40,908 nucleotides of DNA from Octopus sinensis (GCF_006345805.1 NW_021835320.1:1-40908), one strand, 5' to 3'. Shown: positions 25,271 through 37,351, numbered from the stretch's first letter. Notes: generated by a model not told the origin, from the sequence alone. Numbers and translations: made by a program.

Positions 25271-25317
25271 GGTGCTTGCATTTCGGAGTGATTGTCTCCT
25301 CCTCAGTTCGAGACACC
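25271..25317 (-). ncRNA. Degenerate hammerhead-like motif
   Basis: CTGAGGA-GGAG-ACAATCA-CTCC-GAAA is intact. The stem III/cleavage site reads TGCA instead of CGTA, and stem I is imperfect. Confidence 0.4.
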
Positions 25318-26059
25318 TGAAAGGTAGATGCTACGAACTCATAAGAGTTACAAGATACACTTATTATATTTCCGGCATCGCTGTCTGACCCATCGACACT
25401 TAATAAGGTTACGGAAATAATTCGGATTATGAGCTGAGCAATGTTGAGTAGAAAAGAGTTACTCTATATTTACATAACATGCATATATAAAAACATACAC
25501 ATCTACATGCATTATATACATATATACATACATACATCCTTATAAATATATACAAAAATACACACTCGCATGAGTACCAGCATTCAAGCGTCAGTGTATA
25601 CGCATGTATTTTCATAATGATATAGATGTGTATTTGGATGTGCAGGTGAAAGTGTATATTTGCGTGTATAAACACATATGTCTTGTGTGTAGGACAGCTA
25701 TAACCTTCTTGTTTTTGTTTGTTTTTTCTTGTTTGTTGTTTTTATAAAGTATAGTTTTGCACAAACATTTAAGAACAACGTAAATCATAATGAAAAATAA
25801 CAGAGCAAAAATGTAAATATAAATATAAGGAGAGGAGAAACAAAAGAGAATTCTAGAAAAACATGAATAAGTTGAACAGCGCAAATTAAAATATAACATA
25901 TCATCAAATATGCAGCGAGGGGGCCTGGATGAGCAGATGAAAGGAAGACTGACATGCAATCGTACGACTAATTGCAATTAGAAGCTGCTGCAAGAGAGAC
26001 CAATCTCTAGTTAGACTGCGATGCATAAGTGTATATATGTGTGCATTTGTGTGTGTATG

Positions 26060-26175
<116 letters not shown>

Positions 26176-26267
26176 GCGTACACACACATACAACCACACA
26201 CACATATATGCCTGCATAAACACATACTCAAAGACACATGTTTATATATATATGTGTATATATGAGA

Positions 26268-26587
26268 CTTGGAGGCGCAATGGCCCAGTGGTTAGGGCAG
26301 CGGACTCGTGATCGAAGGATCGCAGTTTCGATCCCCAGACTGGGCGCTGTGTGTGTTTATTGAGCAAAAGCACCAATAAGTCCCACGAGGTTCCGGCAGG
26401 GGTTGGTAGCGACCCCTGTTGTACTCTTTCGCCCCAAATTTCTCTCTCACTCTTTCTTCCTGTTTCTTGAGTAACGCTGCGATGGACTGGCGTCCCGTCC
26501 AGCTGGCGGGGAACACATGCGCCACAGAAATCGGGAAACCGGGCCCATGAAACTGGCTAAGCTTGAAAAGGGTGCATAAATAAATAC
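26268..26587 (+). mobile_element. SINE family C, variant 2, full length with 10-bp TSD
   Basis: A/B boxes and an (ataa)n tail. TSD atatatgaga at 26258-26267 and 26588-26597. Confidence 0.88.
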
Positions 26588-26799
26588 ATATATGAGAATC
26601 AGCTGCTACAGAAGGATTGAGTAAGACATTTATTTTTGCTCCGATTTACCATCGCCGCTTTTCCATTTACCATGCACCCAATTTTTCTGCCACCGATTTG
26701 GGGCTCCCACTGTCATATACAGTGATGAAATAATCTGTGCATATGTTTGCACGTGAATGTGGCTGGGAGAATACTTACACACACACGTATGTATACATA

Positions 26800-27012
26800 T
26801 ATTCAAAATGTGACCGCGTGTGTACCGTTGGCGATTTTTTTCCTCCGTCTTCCCTTCTCTGGATCTTTCTTTTTCCTTTGTTTCTGACGAAGAGCTCCGC
26901 TCGAAACGTTAAACCCTCCTTCTTCCCTTCTTTCTTGAGCGTCCAATAATACTATATTTGTTCCACGCCCTCGCGTTGTTGTGTTTTCTCTTTGTGTTTT
27001 CATGTTTGGATT
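26800..27012 (+). mobile_element. Short hammerhead-bearing repeat unit (Penelope-like LTR-type)
   Basis: Pyrimidine-rich unit between microsatellites that carries the intact motif at 26880-26914. Confidence 0.65.
26880..26914 (+). ncRNA. Minimal type I hammerhead ribozyme motif with intact catalytic core
   Basis: GTTT-CTGACGA-A-GAGC-TCC-GCTC-GAAA-C-GTT-AAAC: all core nucleotides present, stems I and II fully paired, self-complementary AACGTT at stem III. Confidence 0.85.
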
Positions 27013-27049
27013 AACTTTATTTATATATATATATATATGTAACTTTTAC

Positions 27050-27230
27050 CGTTTACCTGCTTCACGCATTAGAGTGCGGTATTTCTGGCGCAAAGCCTTG
27101 TGAAATTTTACTCGAAAGAACCGACCCAAGTGCCTATTATTCTTGAAGTTTTAGTGCCTATTCAATCTCGGCCTCTTCTGTCAAAACGCTCGGATAAGGT
27201 AATGCAAACACACCAACACACAAAGCTTTG
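27050..27230 (-). mobile_element. SINE family A, old diverged 3' part
   Basis: gtttacctgcttcacgcatt...ccgacccaagtgcctatt...tagtgcctattc...ggcctcttctgtcaaaacgct...aaacacaccaacac aligns to the family A 3' region. Confidence 0.6.
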
Positions 27231-27269
27231 GCAGGGTTGGGGAAGGAGCTTGTGAAATAACTACAATAT

Positions 27270-27951
27270 TAATATTTTGGTACAATGTCGGCAATTTCGT
27301 TACAGAGAGCAATTCAATTAAATCAACTCCAGTGCTCAAATGGTACTTATTTTACTAACTTCGGAATGCAAAAAAGTTGAAGTCGACCTCGGCAGGATTT
27401 GAACTCAAAATGTAATGTGAAATTTCTGCTAAGCGTTTTGCCTGCCACCGTAAGGAATCGGTCAAACTAGCCGCCTTACAAACTAGATATATTCTTTTCT
27501 ACTCTAGGCACAAGGCACGAAATTTGGCGGGGAGAGCGATGGGGTCAGTTGATTACACCGATTCCAGGAGGCACCTGGTACTTAATTTATCAACCCCGAA
27601 CGGATGAAAGGTAAATACGATCTCAGCGGAATTTGAACTCAGAACACAAAGACAGATGAACTACCGCTATGCATTTCGCTCGGCATGCTAACGTTTCTGC
27701 CAGCTCGCCGCCTTCCCAACTAGAAATATGCTTTTCTACTCAAGGCAGAAGGCAGAAAATTTGGGGGAGGGGACCAGTCGATTTGATCGACCCCAAGATG
27801 CAATGGTACTTAATTTATCGACCCCGAAATTATGAAAGGCAAAGTAAACCTCGGCGGAATTTGAACGTTGCGACCGTCGAAATGCAGCTAAGCATTTCGT
27901 CCGGCGCGCTAACGTTTCTGCCAGCTCGCCGCCTTACACAACTAGAAATAT
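27270..27951 (-). mobile_element. Head-to-tail trimer of SINE family B (alternative-tail variant)
   Basis: Heads at 27475, 27712 and 27933, each abutting a caactagaaatat-like linker. Confidence 0.8.
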
Positions 27952-28889
27952 TGACGGAAATTTTGATCTGAGTATGCTTTGAATTGAAACCTTAAGTGAT
28001 GTAAGTATATCTACGTTTACTTCATCCGTACTTAAGAATATTGGTAAGTGGAATTGAGCAAGCAGCAGAAAAGCATTGAGATGGTAAAATTTTGACATTG
28101 TATAGTATTCTTAGCTAAGTTAATATATTTTCCAAAAGCGCTTCCATCAGCATACATATCGATTTTCTAGACACTCAGCATGAGATTTCTCAATCACTGG
28201 ACATGATACATATAGAATATATTTATGTATTCGTGCTAATATACGCACAAACGCATAAATACGTTAACACACATATATGTACACACACAGACATACACGG
28301 ACATACACACACATATATACATATATTTATAAATATGTATATATATACAAACATCTGTATATATATTCACAGGTTTACTTGTATATGCATATATATATAT
28401 ATATACTCACATATATGTTGTATATGCATGTGTGTGTATGTGTGTGTGTATGTGTAAGTTTGTGTGTATCATTTTGTTATGGCTATTATTGATAAGAAAA
28501 TTTCATAGCCCCAGGTCAGCAACGAACGCACAAATTTATTAGCAAATACACCCCAACGCCCTGCATCATATCAAATATTATTTACCTGATATATTTCTCG
28601 AGGTATCTCGTCGTGCCACCGTGATTTTGAAATTTTTAAAGTTTGACATATCTGGTGCTATTTTAAGAAGAACTTGGATCCTATTCCCAAACAAGTCTGA
28701 GAACCAATTCGAAATTATATCTTCCAATCTTGAAAAAAAATAGGATTTCACTATAGTGAGAATTAAATATATTCTGAACTATTTTAAAATATGGCCGAAC
28801 TTCCTTACTTTTTGGGAGAAAGACATAGTGTTGTCTTCTACGGATGTTTTCACAAAAGTACAGCGTAATTAATCAAATAATTTGTAGAG

Positions 28890-29267
28890 AAGGGGAGGAG
28901 GAGGAGGAGGAGGTGGTGGAGGAGGAAAGAGGGTCAAAGGGAGAGAGAAATAGAGGTAGTGAATCAGTTAATGAGAGAGTGAGTGAGTGAGTGATTGAGT
29001 AAATGAGTGAGTGAGTAGTGAGTGAGAGAGTGAGGGTGTGAGAGAATGATTGATTGATTAAATGAGTGAGTGAGTGAGCGATTAAATGAGTGAGAGAGTG
29101 AGCGAGTGTGTGAGTGAATGAGTGAAGGCGTGATTGATTGATTGATTAATAAAATGAGTGAGCGAGTGGATGAGCAAATGATTGAGTGAGTAAGTGAGTG
29201 AGCGGGTGAGTGAGTGAGTAAGTGAGTGAGTGAGTGAGTGAGTGAGTGAGCGAATGAATGAGTGAGT
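28890..29267. repeat. (GAG)n and (TGAG)n microsatellites
   Basis: Direct reading of the sequence. Confidence 0.93.
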
Positions 29268-30220
29268 GTAGTTTCGCCAATGTCATTTTTGCGATGTGTG
29301 GTCTGGCGTTGTCTTGCAACAAAATAGGAGTGGATCTATTGACTATCTAGGCTGTTTTCTGTAAGTTTCTGCATCATTGGTTCCAGTTGACTACAGTATC
29401 CTTCGGACGTGATTGATGAACGAGGTTTAATGAAATCATAATAGATCACACCTGCGTCAGACCACCGAACGCACACCATCAGCTTGTCTTGATGAATTTT
29501 GCTTTTTACACTGTTTTGATTGCTCGTCTTTGTCCAACCACTGTGCTGAATGTTTACAGTTGTTGTATTGGATCTATTTCTCATCACGTTACAATTTGAT
29601 TAAAAAATTACTCAATTTTGTGACGAGAAAGTAGTATAATGCAGGCTTCCAAACGCTGTTGCTTCTGATATTCCTTGATTTCATGTGGAACCCATTTATC
29701 CAACCTTTTCCCTTTACCGATTTGAACTAGTTGAGTCAATAATGTTTGCTTGGTAACACCAAGCAACAACGATAATTCACGGACATTTTGAAATGGATCT
29801 GACTCAACGGTGGCTTTCATTTCGTCAGTATCCACCTTTGTTTTTGGTCGACCGCGATGCTCATTTGTGAGGTCAGTGTTACTAGAACGAATTTTTGCAA
29901 ACCAATTTGATACTGTCTGCTGTGTAAAAACATTAGAATGAAATACTCCATTAATATTCCGAGCTGTCTGTGATGCTGTATTTCCAAGAAAGAACTCATA
30001 TTTCAAAACTGCACGAATTTCCAACATACATCTCTAAACAAAAATAGCAAAGAACGATTTTAAATACTTTATAATGCGCAAAATGAGTTAGAATAAAGAA
30101 ATAGATGTGTCAGCTTTCTAACAAATAATAAAGTTTGTCAAAATATAATAATGGCGCAAAATGAGCAGCAGTCAAATTTTACCATATAAATTACTACGTA
30201 TTTCATACTTGACGACCTTA
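29268..30220 (-). mobile_element. Mariner (DD34D-type) transposon, 3'-truncated, pseudogenised transposase
   Basis: N-terminal HTH (IRAVLKYEF...WFAK...RGRP), WVPHE motif, IVT-DEK, MVCVRWS..GVIYYDF, ILLQDNARPH. TIR-like aggtcgtcaagtatgaaat next to TA at about 30200-30220. Contains frameshifts and stops. Confidence 0.92.
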
Positions 30221-30349
30221 TATATTATGTCATGTTCTACATGATCTCATGTGCTTCTCCCCTATTAGAATATTAGGGTGTAATGTGAGTGGGTTTTTAC
30301 TGCTATTTCTAGTTGTGTGTGTTGTTGCTATTGTTGTTATGGTTGATGG

Positions 30350-30530
30350 TGTTGTCTACTCCCAGTACAATCCATATCAAGTAGGATAATGATCAAAATG
30401 CATTCCATCTGTGAGCGTCACGCCTATATGGACACTTTCTGGTCTGTGATATCCAATAGGACTTTACTTACTGAATGCGGTACGGTGTGATTTGATGGGG
30501 TTTGAGCTGCTATTTCAAGCAGATCAAGTC
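30350..30530 (-). mobile_element. Old SINE-like fragment
   Basis: The motif ggtgtgatt...tttg(a)gctgctatttc recurs in diverged form near 6890-6935, 13540-13585, 30273-30315 and 32720-32745. Confidence 0.35.
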
Positions 30531-30559
30531 ACCTTTTATTTGCTGTCTATGTCATCTCA

Positions 30560-30915
30560 TTGATATTCTCTCTCTTCTTCTCTCCTTTTCATTCTCATTC
30601 TCGTTCACTTTTTCTCTTTCCCTCTCTCTTTCTCTCATTTTCTCTTTCTCTTTCTCTCTTCCTCTCTCATTTAAATCTATCTTTCTCGCTCTCAGTTTCT
30701 CTTTCTAAGTCTCTTTCTCTTAATCTCTTTGTGTCACACTCTCCCTCTATTTCACTCTCTCTCTCTCTTTCTCTCTCTCTTCTGTCTATATTTATCTCTC
30801 TCTGTCACCCTGTCTCTTTGTCTCGCTTTCTCCTGACTGCCTCTTTCTCTTCTTTCCATCTTTCTCTCTCTCTCTCTTTCTCCCCCTCTCTCTTTCCCTC
30901 TCTCGCTCACTCAGT
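30560..30915. repeat. (CT)-rich polypyrimidine tract
   Basis: Direct reading of the sequence. Confidence 0.93.
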
Positions 30916-31889
30916 TTAAACCGCTTGTTTTGTTCACTAGTCTTGGTTTTTATGCATTAACGAACAAACATAAATTTTCAGCTATCAGACACAAACCATC
31001 AGTCAACATTCAAACATGTTTTGATCTACTTGAAATTTCCTCCATTTTCTCTGCTTAAAAATGTGTTTGTCCATGTGAATTTATTTTCGGCATACTTCAA
31101 TAAAATTCTGAAAATTGGATTTTAAATTTTTGTTTGGAATTAAACATACTCGTTTAATGATAGGTTCCTTCAGACGTCTCCTATTTGTCGATCGATTAAG
31201 CATCCATTTCAATCATGGCTTATTCTTAAAGAGCATACTTTCTGTGCGCGCTTATTTTATTTTATAGTACTACTTGTTTGTATTTTATGTTGTTGTTATT
31301 GCACATATCCTAATTAGTTTGGCATAATTTCCCTTCTACTCTCTTATAGAATATTTATAATTATTTGTTTGCCGATTGTAATAGACGGAAGTTGTCTGTA
31401 ATTGCAATATACTAATGATCCTTGTTGATTTGAGATCGTGTCTGGTTTGAAATGATTTTAATCTACATTTCTTGCTATTATCCTTACAGGTCGATTCATC
31501 AATTAAAAGTGATAATAAGCGATATTGACTGATGTCTTTGGCACCGGAAAATATTTTTAATGAAGGACTATTCTATCAGATTGAATTGGTCATAATTCTC
31601 TATTAACCCTTTGTGTGCCCTGTAGCAGTTGTGATACTCAGGGCATATTTCTCAGGGGTCCATGTATCAAGTATAATACTTACTCCTGATCATTTCAACT
31701 ACCAGGTTAATTGGGGGCTTACGAAAGGAAAGCAGTATTTTATGTACGGAACAAGGGACACCTAAAAGTCTGGAAACGAACACAGACGGCCAGAACAAGC
31801 TTATGAAAGGGATTTGGACAGGAAAAAGGATAATTATTCTTACGAGGTAGAAATGGAATACACAATAGCCTTTATAATTCATTCAGAGC

Positions 31890-32110
31890 ATTGGTCAATA
31901 TTATGCAAAAAATTGTAAACGTTAGGAAGCCTAGTATTCTAATTCAGAGCTCACGGAGACGAATTTGAGCTGCATGGAGTTTTAAGATTGAGATCCTTCT
32001 CGGAGGTTCTATGCATTCATGTATAGCAACACGATCATTCCCACATAAATGATATCTTGGGTTTGGACAAAGAAAAGTACCTGTCTTGGGATATGACTTA
32101 GATCTATATA
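31890..32110 (-). mobile_element. Possible Penelope-like element remnant (Cys linker / GIY-YIG region)
   Basis: GTFLCPNPRYHLC resembles the G..PC..PRCKTC linker of PLE ORFs, and LHAAQIR resembles the GIY-YIG C-terminal helix. The YIG motif itself is not readable. Confidence 0.3.
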
Positions 32111-32599
32111 TCTCGACATATGGAATATTGATGAAATATAATATCCCCTTCAAAATTACTACCAATAGTAAGAATATCTATAGACGATTTCTTGAAATCT
32201 AACGCTTGTTAACTTTCATTATGAATAAGTTGTATAAAAATAAGCATCGGAACTCTTGGTTACATTGAGAAAAGATTAAGCGATAATCGCCAAACCCTAA
32301 AAATTCAATGCAAAGAATGATATTGGCAAACGTGGATTTCACGGTTTCAATCTGCTGAAGAATAAAACTGTGCAAGATTTTTTAATGCTGATTATGTAAA
32401 AAAAAAAAAAAAAAATGAAAAAGCAGTTCCGTTTCCACAATGAATATTAATTGAATAATTAGTCACACACACAGACGCACACACAGACACACACATCACA
32501 CATGCAGACGTGCAAGCACATACACAAAAGCGCCCGGATGCACGTACACACAGACATACACACAAGCAAAAATATATATACAGAGAGAGAGATGGATAT

Positions 32600-32642
<43 letters not shown>

Positions 32643-32790
32643 TACATATATATACATATACGTTTGCCTTTTAAGTGCTTTGGTTTTACTGGGATTTCCC
32701 TTTTAAGTAGAAAGAATAGCGAAAACTTTTGACTGCTATTTCGAAATTCGGTGTGTGGTGAGGCAAATCGTTGCTGAACCCTTAATTACT

Positions 32791-32875
<85 letters not shown>

Positions 32876-33360
32876 CTGAGAAACTGGCTGTATCATTTTG
32901 AGACGGTTTCCATAAAACATGCAAGATCACGCATGACTGTGAGATTACTGATCCAAGTCATAAGGAGAACACATTTAGGCTGTGATTAGTGCATGTACAA
33001 AAGCATTACTGTCATGTTCATGTGGAGACGTATATATGTTGGTAGATGCAGGTCCACAGCTGGACTGCAACCAATGACTATCGCAACGAGTACGTGTGTA
33101 CATATAATGTATATATACACGGGGTATGTATTCATGCCTACATACACAACTAACTCATTGGCGATTTATAAATTCCAGTGGAATAGTCGTGTTTCTAAGG
33201 TAGAAACCGGTCATATCGCAATTGGTGAGAAATTCAAACATACGCCTGCATTATTCACATTTATATATTAAGATATCAGAGCGTATTTCACTTAATGCCG
33301 CGTCGGAGCCGAATCGCTAACGAGTTAGAAATACTTATAATAGACGTGTCAACTACTCAC

Positions 33361-33483
33361 AGCTGACAATGAAATATATTCCGGCTGGATTACTACGTTT
33401 ATTGATTTTCATTCGGCCGAACTTGATCATGCTCAGCGCACAGACTTCAACAGATTCAGCAGAGACATGCGATGATTGTAGAC
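33361..33483 (-). other. Candidate internal exon, 123 nt (unassigned)
   Basis: Acceptor ttttctcctttctacattttcag| and donor |gtgagt. Phase-1 frame is open: LQSSHVSAESVEVCALSMIKFGRMKINKRSNPAGIYFIVS. Confidence 0.35.
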
Positions 33484-33766
33484 CTGAAAATGTAGAAAGG
33501 AGAAAACATGAATAAAAATTCTCTATTGTCAAATAGCAATTACGATACATCTTTGTGCATTGCATTATGGAAGTTATAAGAGAAAGTTCAGTAATGTTAC
33601 AAATATGGAATGACAATTGCAGAATGGAGGAGGGGATTGCTTATAACCTACATCTAGATGAAACACATTTACACGATATAGTATATTCTATATATATATA
33701 TATATTATATATATATAATATATATATAATATATATATATATGTATAAATATATATATTGTATACA

Positions 33767-33810
<44 letters not shown>

Positions 33811-34440
33811 TATATAAACATCATATATATATATATGTATATAAATATATATATATATATAGATACTTATGTGTACGTTTATTTGTGTCTACATATTATG
33901 TATATGTATATGTGTTGGTAGCTATATCTCTCTATCTATATATATATATATATATCTATGTATGTATCTATTTATACACCCATCTATTTGTATGTATGTG
34001 TGTCTGTGTGTCAGTGTGTGTGTAAGCATGTATGTTGATGTGTGTATACATACCTACGTGCATTTAGGCTGATGCATTTGTGTCTATATCTGGGTATGTA
34101 TTCCTGTGTATAATAGTTTTAAAAGTGCAAAAGTGAAACAACAGTTATAAAACATTAAACAAAGCAAAATAGTCAGTGTCGTATTTTGTAAAAGCAGCTG
34201 GCCTTTTCTTATTACTGAAAATAAATATTAATACGAATAACTATATGAATATGATATGATCATCAAACAGCTGGTCGGCAATATTTCGATTTTATTATCT
34301 TAACCCCCACCCTCGAGCACCACCAAGATGATTTCAACGCAACCTCATCTATTGTTTTAAATGTACATAGAAACAGAAACTCAGACAAACACCCAGCTGA
34401 TAACACATATAAGTAAAACAATTATTCTACATATATGTAT

Positions 34441-34471
<31 letters not shown>

Positions 34472-34473
<2 letters not shown>

Positions 34474-34625
34474 GAACCTACCTCACGGCAAGAGGTGCAA
34501 ATGAGAGTAGCTGTATCAAACTCCATTCTTCACCAAGTGCCACATATTAGACGAGGTTCGTCGTAATAACAGTGTAGCACAAAACGCCGGTGCATCAGCA
34601 TGGCCGCAGCTCTGAGCTGAAACTA
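34472..34625 (+). mobile_element. CR1-clade LINE extreme 3' end (same family as 1812-2033)
   Basis: atgaacctacc...caagaggtgcaaatgagagtag...cagcatggccgcagctctgagctgaaacta. Confidence 0.8.
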
Positions 34626-34732
34626 GGAAAAAATATATATATATGTATATAGGTACTGTAAATTTAGGGTGAATACTTGATAAGTGTAAGCATCTGTATA
34701 CGCCAGCTATTTCATTTTATTTTATTTTATTT

Positions 34733-34786
<54 letters not shown>

Positions 34787-35231
34787 GTGTATATAAATAG
34801 ATGTGTGTATTTTCCATTTGTTAATAATTAACAAGGAAAAACAGATAAATATTTACCAAGGTAACAAAACATCACATAAGTAAAAAGGGTGTAACCTCTT
34901 GTTTTTAATGGTAGAATCTCCGACTTTACGCGAAAGATTTTGTGTAATATACTGAATGAATAAATAAATAAATAAATGGAGTTAAACGCAGGTGTTATTC
35001 AAACTGTTTTACGTTCGACACATGTTTCGAAGATATCACGGGTATTATTCCAAAGGAATAAAGTGTGGTAAAACAATGTAATCTTCTCTTTAGCTATATT
35101 CATATTTAGAAGCGATAAAGTTTTAAAACAGTAGCAAAATAGGACAGAAAGGATGGGACTGTATTTTACAATTTCTGTCACAGTACATGCAGGTGGAGGC
35201 TTTATCAGTGAGAACTTGAACAGTTTAATTG

Positions 35232-35283
<52 letters not shown>

Positions 35284-35585
35284 TTACTTGTATCCTTCTC
35301 CACCATCCGTCTTCGGTGATGCTGAAACACCGAGCTCGTTTCGTAAATTTCCTTAGTTTAGGTTTTTTCACAACACCACTCCTATATGTGCCTTTGTTTC
35401 AGCAGTTTACCCAAACGTCTTGCTTGCTTACACATCTTTCTTTACATATATATCATATAATGATTAAATCATGAAATCCAAGGAGAAATAATACCACATA
35501 AAACACTTCAAATTCTATAACAGCCCCGGTCAGCGTCACATTGTCAACCGCACGTCAACTTTATATCCCTGGGTTCAGTCACACT

Positions 35586-35928
35586 TCGGGACCCCCTCCG
35601 GTCACGACACTGACCATGGGATTGCACCTAGAAAGTTACCCTCCTAGTCACAATTCTGGGCAATGTGGTTTATGGAAGACCAACAGTCGCCCATGCATAC
35701 CGGCCTCCCCTCTCCACATCATCAGTGTTATCCAAGGGAAAGGCAAGTGGGCTAATACAGCTTGGCACCCGTGACGTTGCAACTCATTTCTACAGCTGAG
35801 TTAACTGGAGCAACGTGAAGTAAAGTGTCTTGCTCAAGAACACAACACGCAGACCCGTACCGGATTCGAGCTGACAACCTCACGATCGTAAGCTCGACCC
35901 TCTAACCACTGAGCCATGCGCCTTCACA
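35586..35928 (-). mobile_element. SINE family D (tRNA head plus CORE-like domain), full length with 11-bp TSD
   Basis: Reverse complement gtgaaggcgcatggctcagtggttag...gctcgaatcc...gttgtgttcttgagcaagacacttt...gctccagttaactcagctg. TSD tcagtcacact at 35575-35585 and 35929-35939. Confidence 0.9.
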
Positions 35929-37040
35929 TCAGTCACACTACCATCAGTAATATTAATTCAATTTAGGGTCTAGCTTCGATTTAAATTAGCTGTATTTAAA
36001 AATCCCTATAGACTGAACAAATCTGTATATTTTAGTAGAGATTTGAGTCGAAACAGGAAAGAGTCGTGCGAGACAGAATTTTACGAATAGTTTTGTTGAT
36101 TTAGTGTATTATGTCATGGAAATTTTAGTGCAAGATGTTACCAGTAGAAAAAAGTTTAGTTTTTATTTTGAGGATATGAAAGGAGTCTAGGTTTGCGTAG
36201 ATGAATATGTGGTGCAATAAAAATGACTGAAACAAAGGAAATGGTATCGGTGACACAGAGACATGAAGATATCAAGCCAAAAATTTAAAAAAGGAAAACA
36301 GATTCAATGAATGAATAAAAGTCCAATAATCTGACAGAAAGTCTTTATAACTCGAAATATAAAGACATATAGAAACAAATAGGTACACCCAGCGGAAAAG
36401 ACAAGCAACTTTCGAAAGAGAGACAGCAAAAAAATGAATAGAACGTAAGCAAGAGGGGAGACAGTTATATGGAACGAGAAGGAATAATAACAGTCGCATA
36501 ACTTTTTTTGTATTTTTAGAAAGAAGAGAAGAAAAATCAATCACTGTAACATAAAACGTAAATCACGAAAAAAAGCCAGAGAAATCGGGCAGTGACAAAC
36601 GGTTTGAATGAAGCGAAAGGAACTAAATGCCAGACAAATTGTATTGATGCATCGATTGCGTTAGTAAAATAGAGGTTATCTTTATAATATTCATGTTGGC
36701 TGCAAAGCATAATAGTTATGGTGTTTTTAGCTTTTATTAGTATTCTGACTCAGATAATGTGGACGAAGTTTGTATGGCAACAGTGTTTGAAGTGCTAGGT
36801 TTTTGGTGTTTCTAGGGAGCGGTATAAAACGATAAAGTTTTTAGGAAGAAGAACTGGCATAGATTTTTAGAAAGCAGTATTTTAGCTTGATCGAGTGTAA
36901 TTTGATAGGTTGAATATATTTATAAAGAAATCATATTGACAGTGAAGAGAAGTACGAAGATGGAGAAATACAGAAAGTCAGTGGTGAATCATAGGATCGA
37001 TTCTAGATAATAACATTTATACTCAGATATTTGTTTTTTT

Positions 37041-37351
37041 TTTGTAGTAAATATTGTTTGCCAACATAACATGGCAGTCCTGGTTTAGGACGAATGTTGC
37101 AGTAATTTAGCCCCAGGAGACATACTCTCCAGCTGGCTATTCGATACAATCTGTGTCCTTATATTTTCGAATAAGGGAATCTAGCACCCCCACTTAGCTC
37201 AAAACAATATCTGTGTTTCGTGATTTCCGGGTTATTTCCCTTTCATCAGCACAGAATAATTGTTTGGCTAGAGGTGGCGCTGCCAAATTCCCGTTCGAAA
37301 TATATAACCCAGGACTGCCATGTTATGTTAGCAAACAATCTTTACTACAAA
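37041..37351. mobile_element. Foldback element with 47-bp inverted arms and an internal hammerhead-like motif
   Basis: 37041-37087 vs the reverse complement of 37305-37351 differ at 3 of 47 positions. Motif at 37210-37255(-). Confidence 0.75.
37210..37255 (-). ncRNA. Degenerate type I hammerhead-like motif
   Basis: TCTGTG-CTGATGA-AA-GGG-AAATAA-CCC-G-GAAA-TCACGAAA-CACAGA: perfect 6-bp stem I, but a non-canonical stem III. Confidence 0.45.

Noticed and set aside
25311-25340. Plus-strand CTGAAAG-GTAG/CTAC-GAAC motif
   Set aside because: Both conserved core segments are mismatched.
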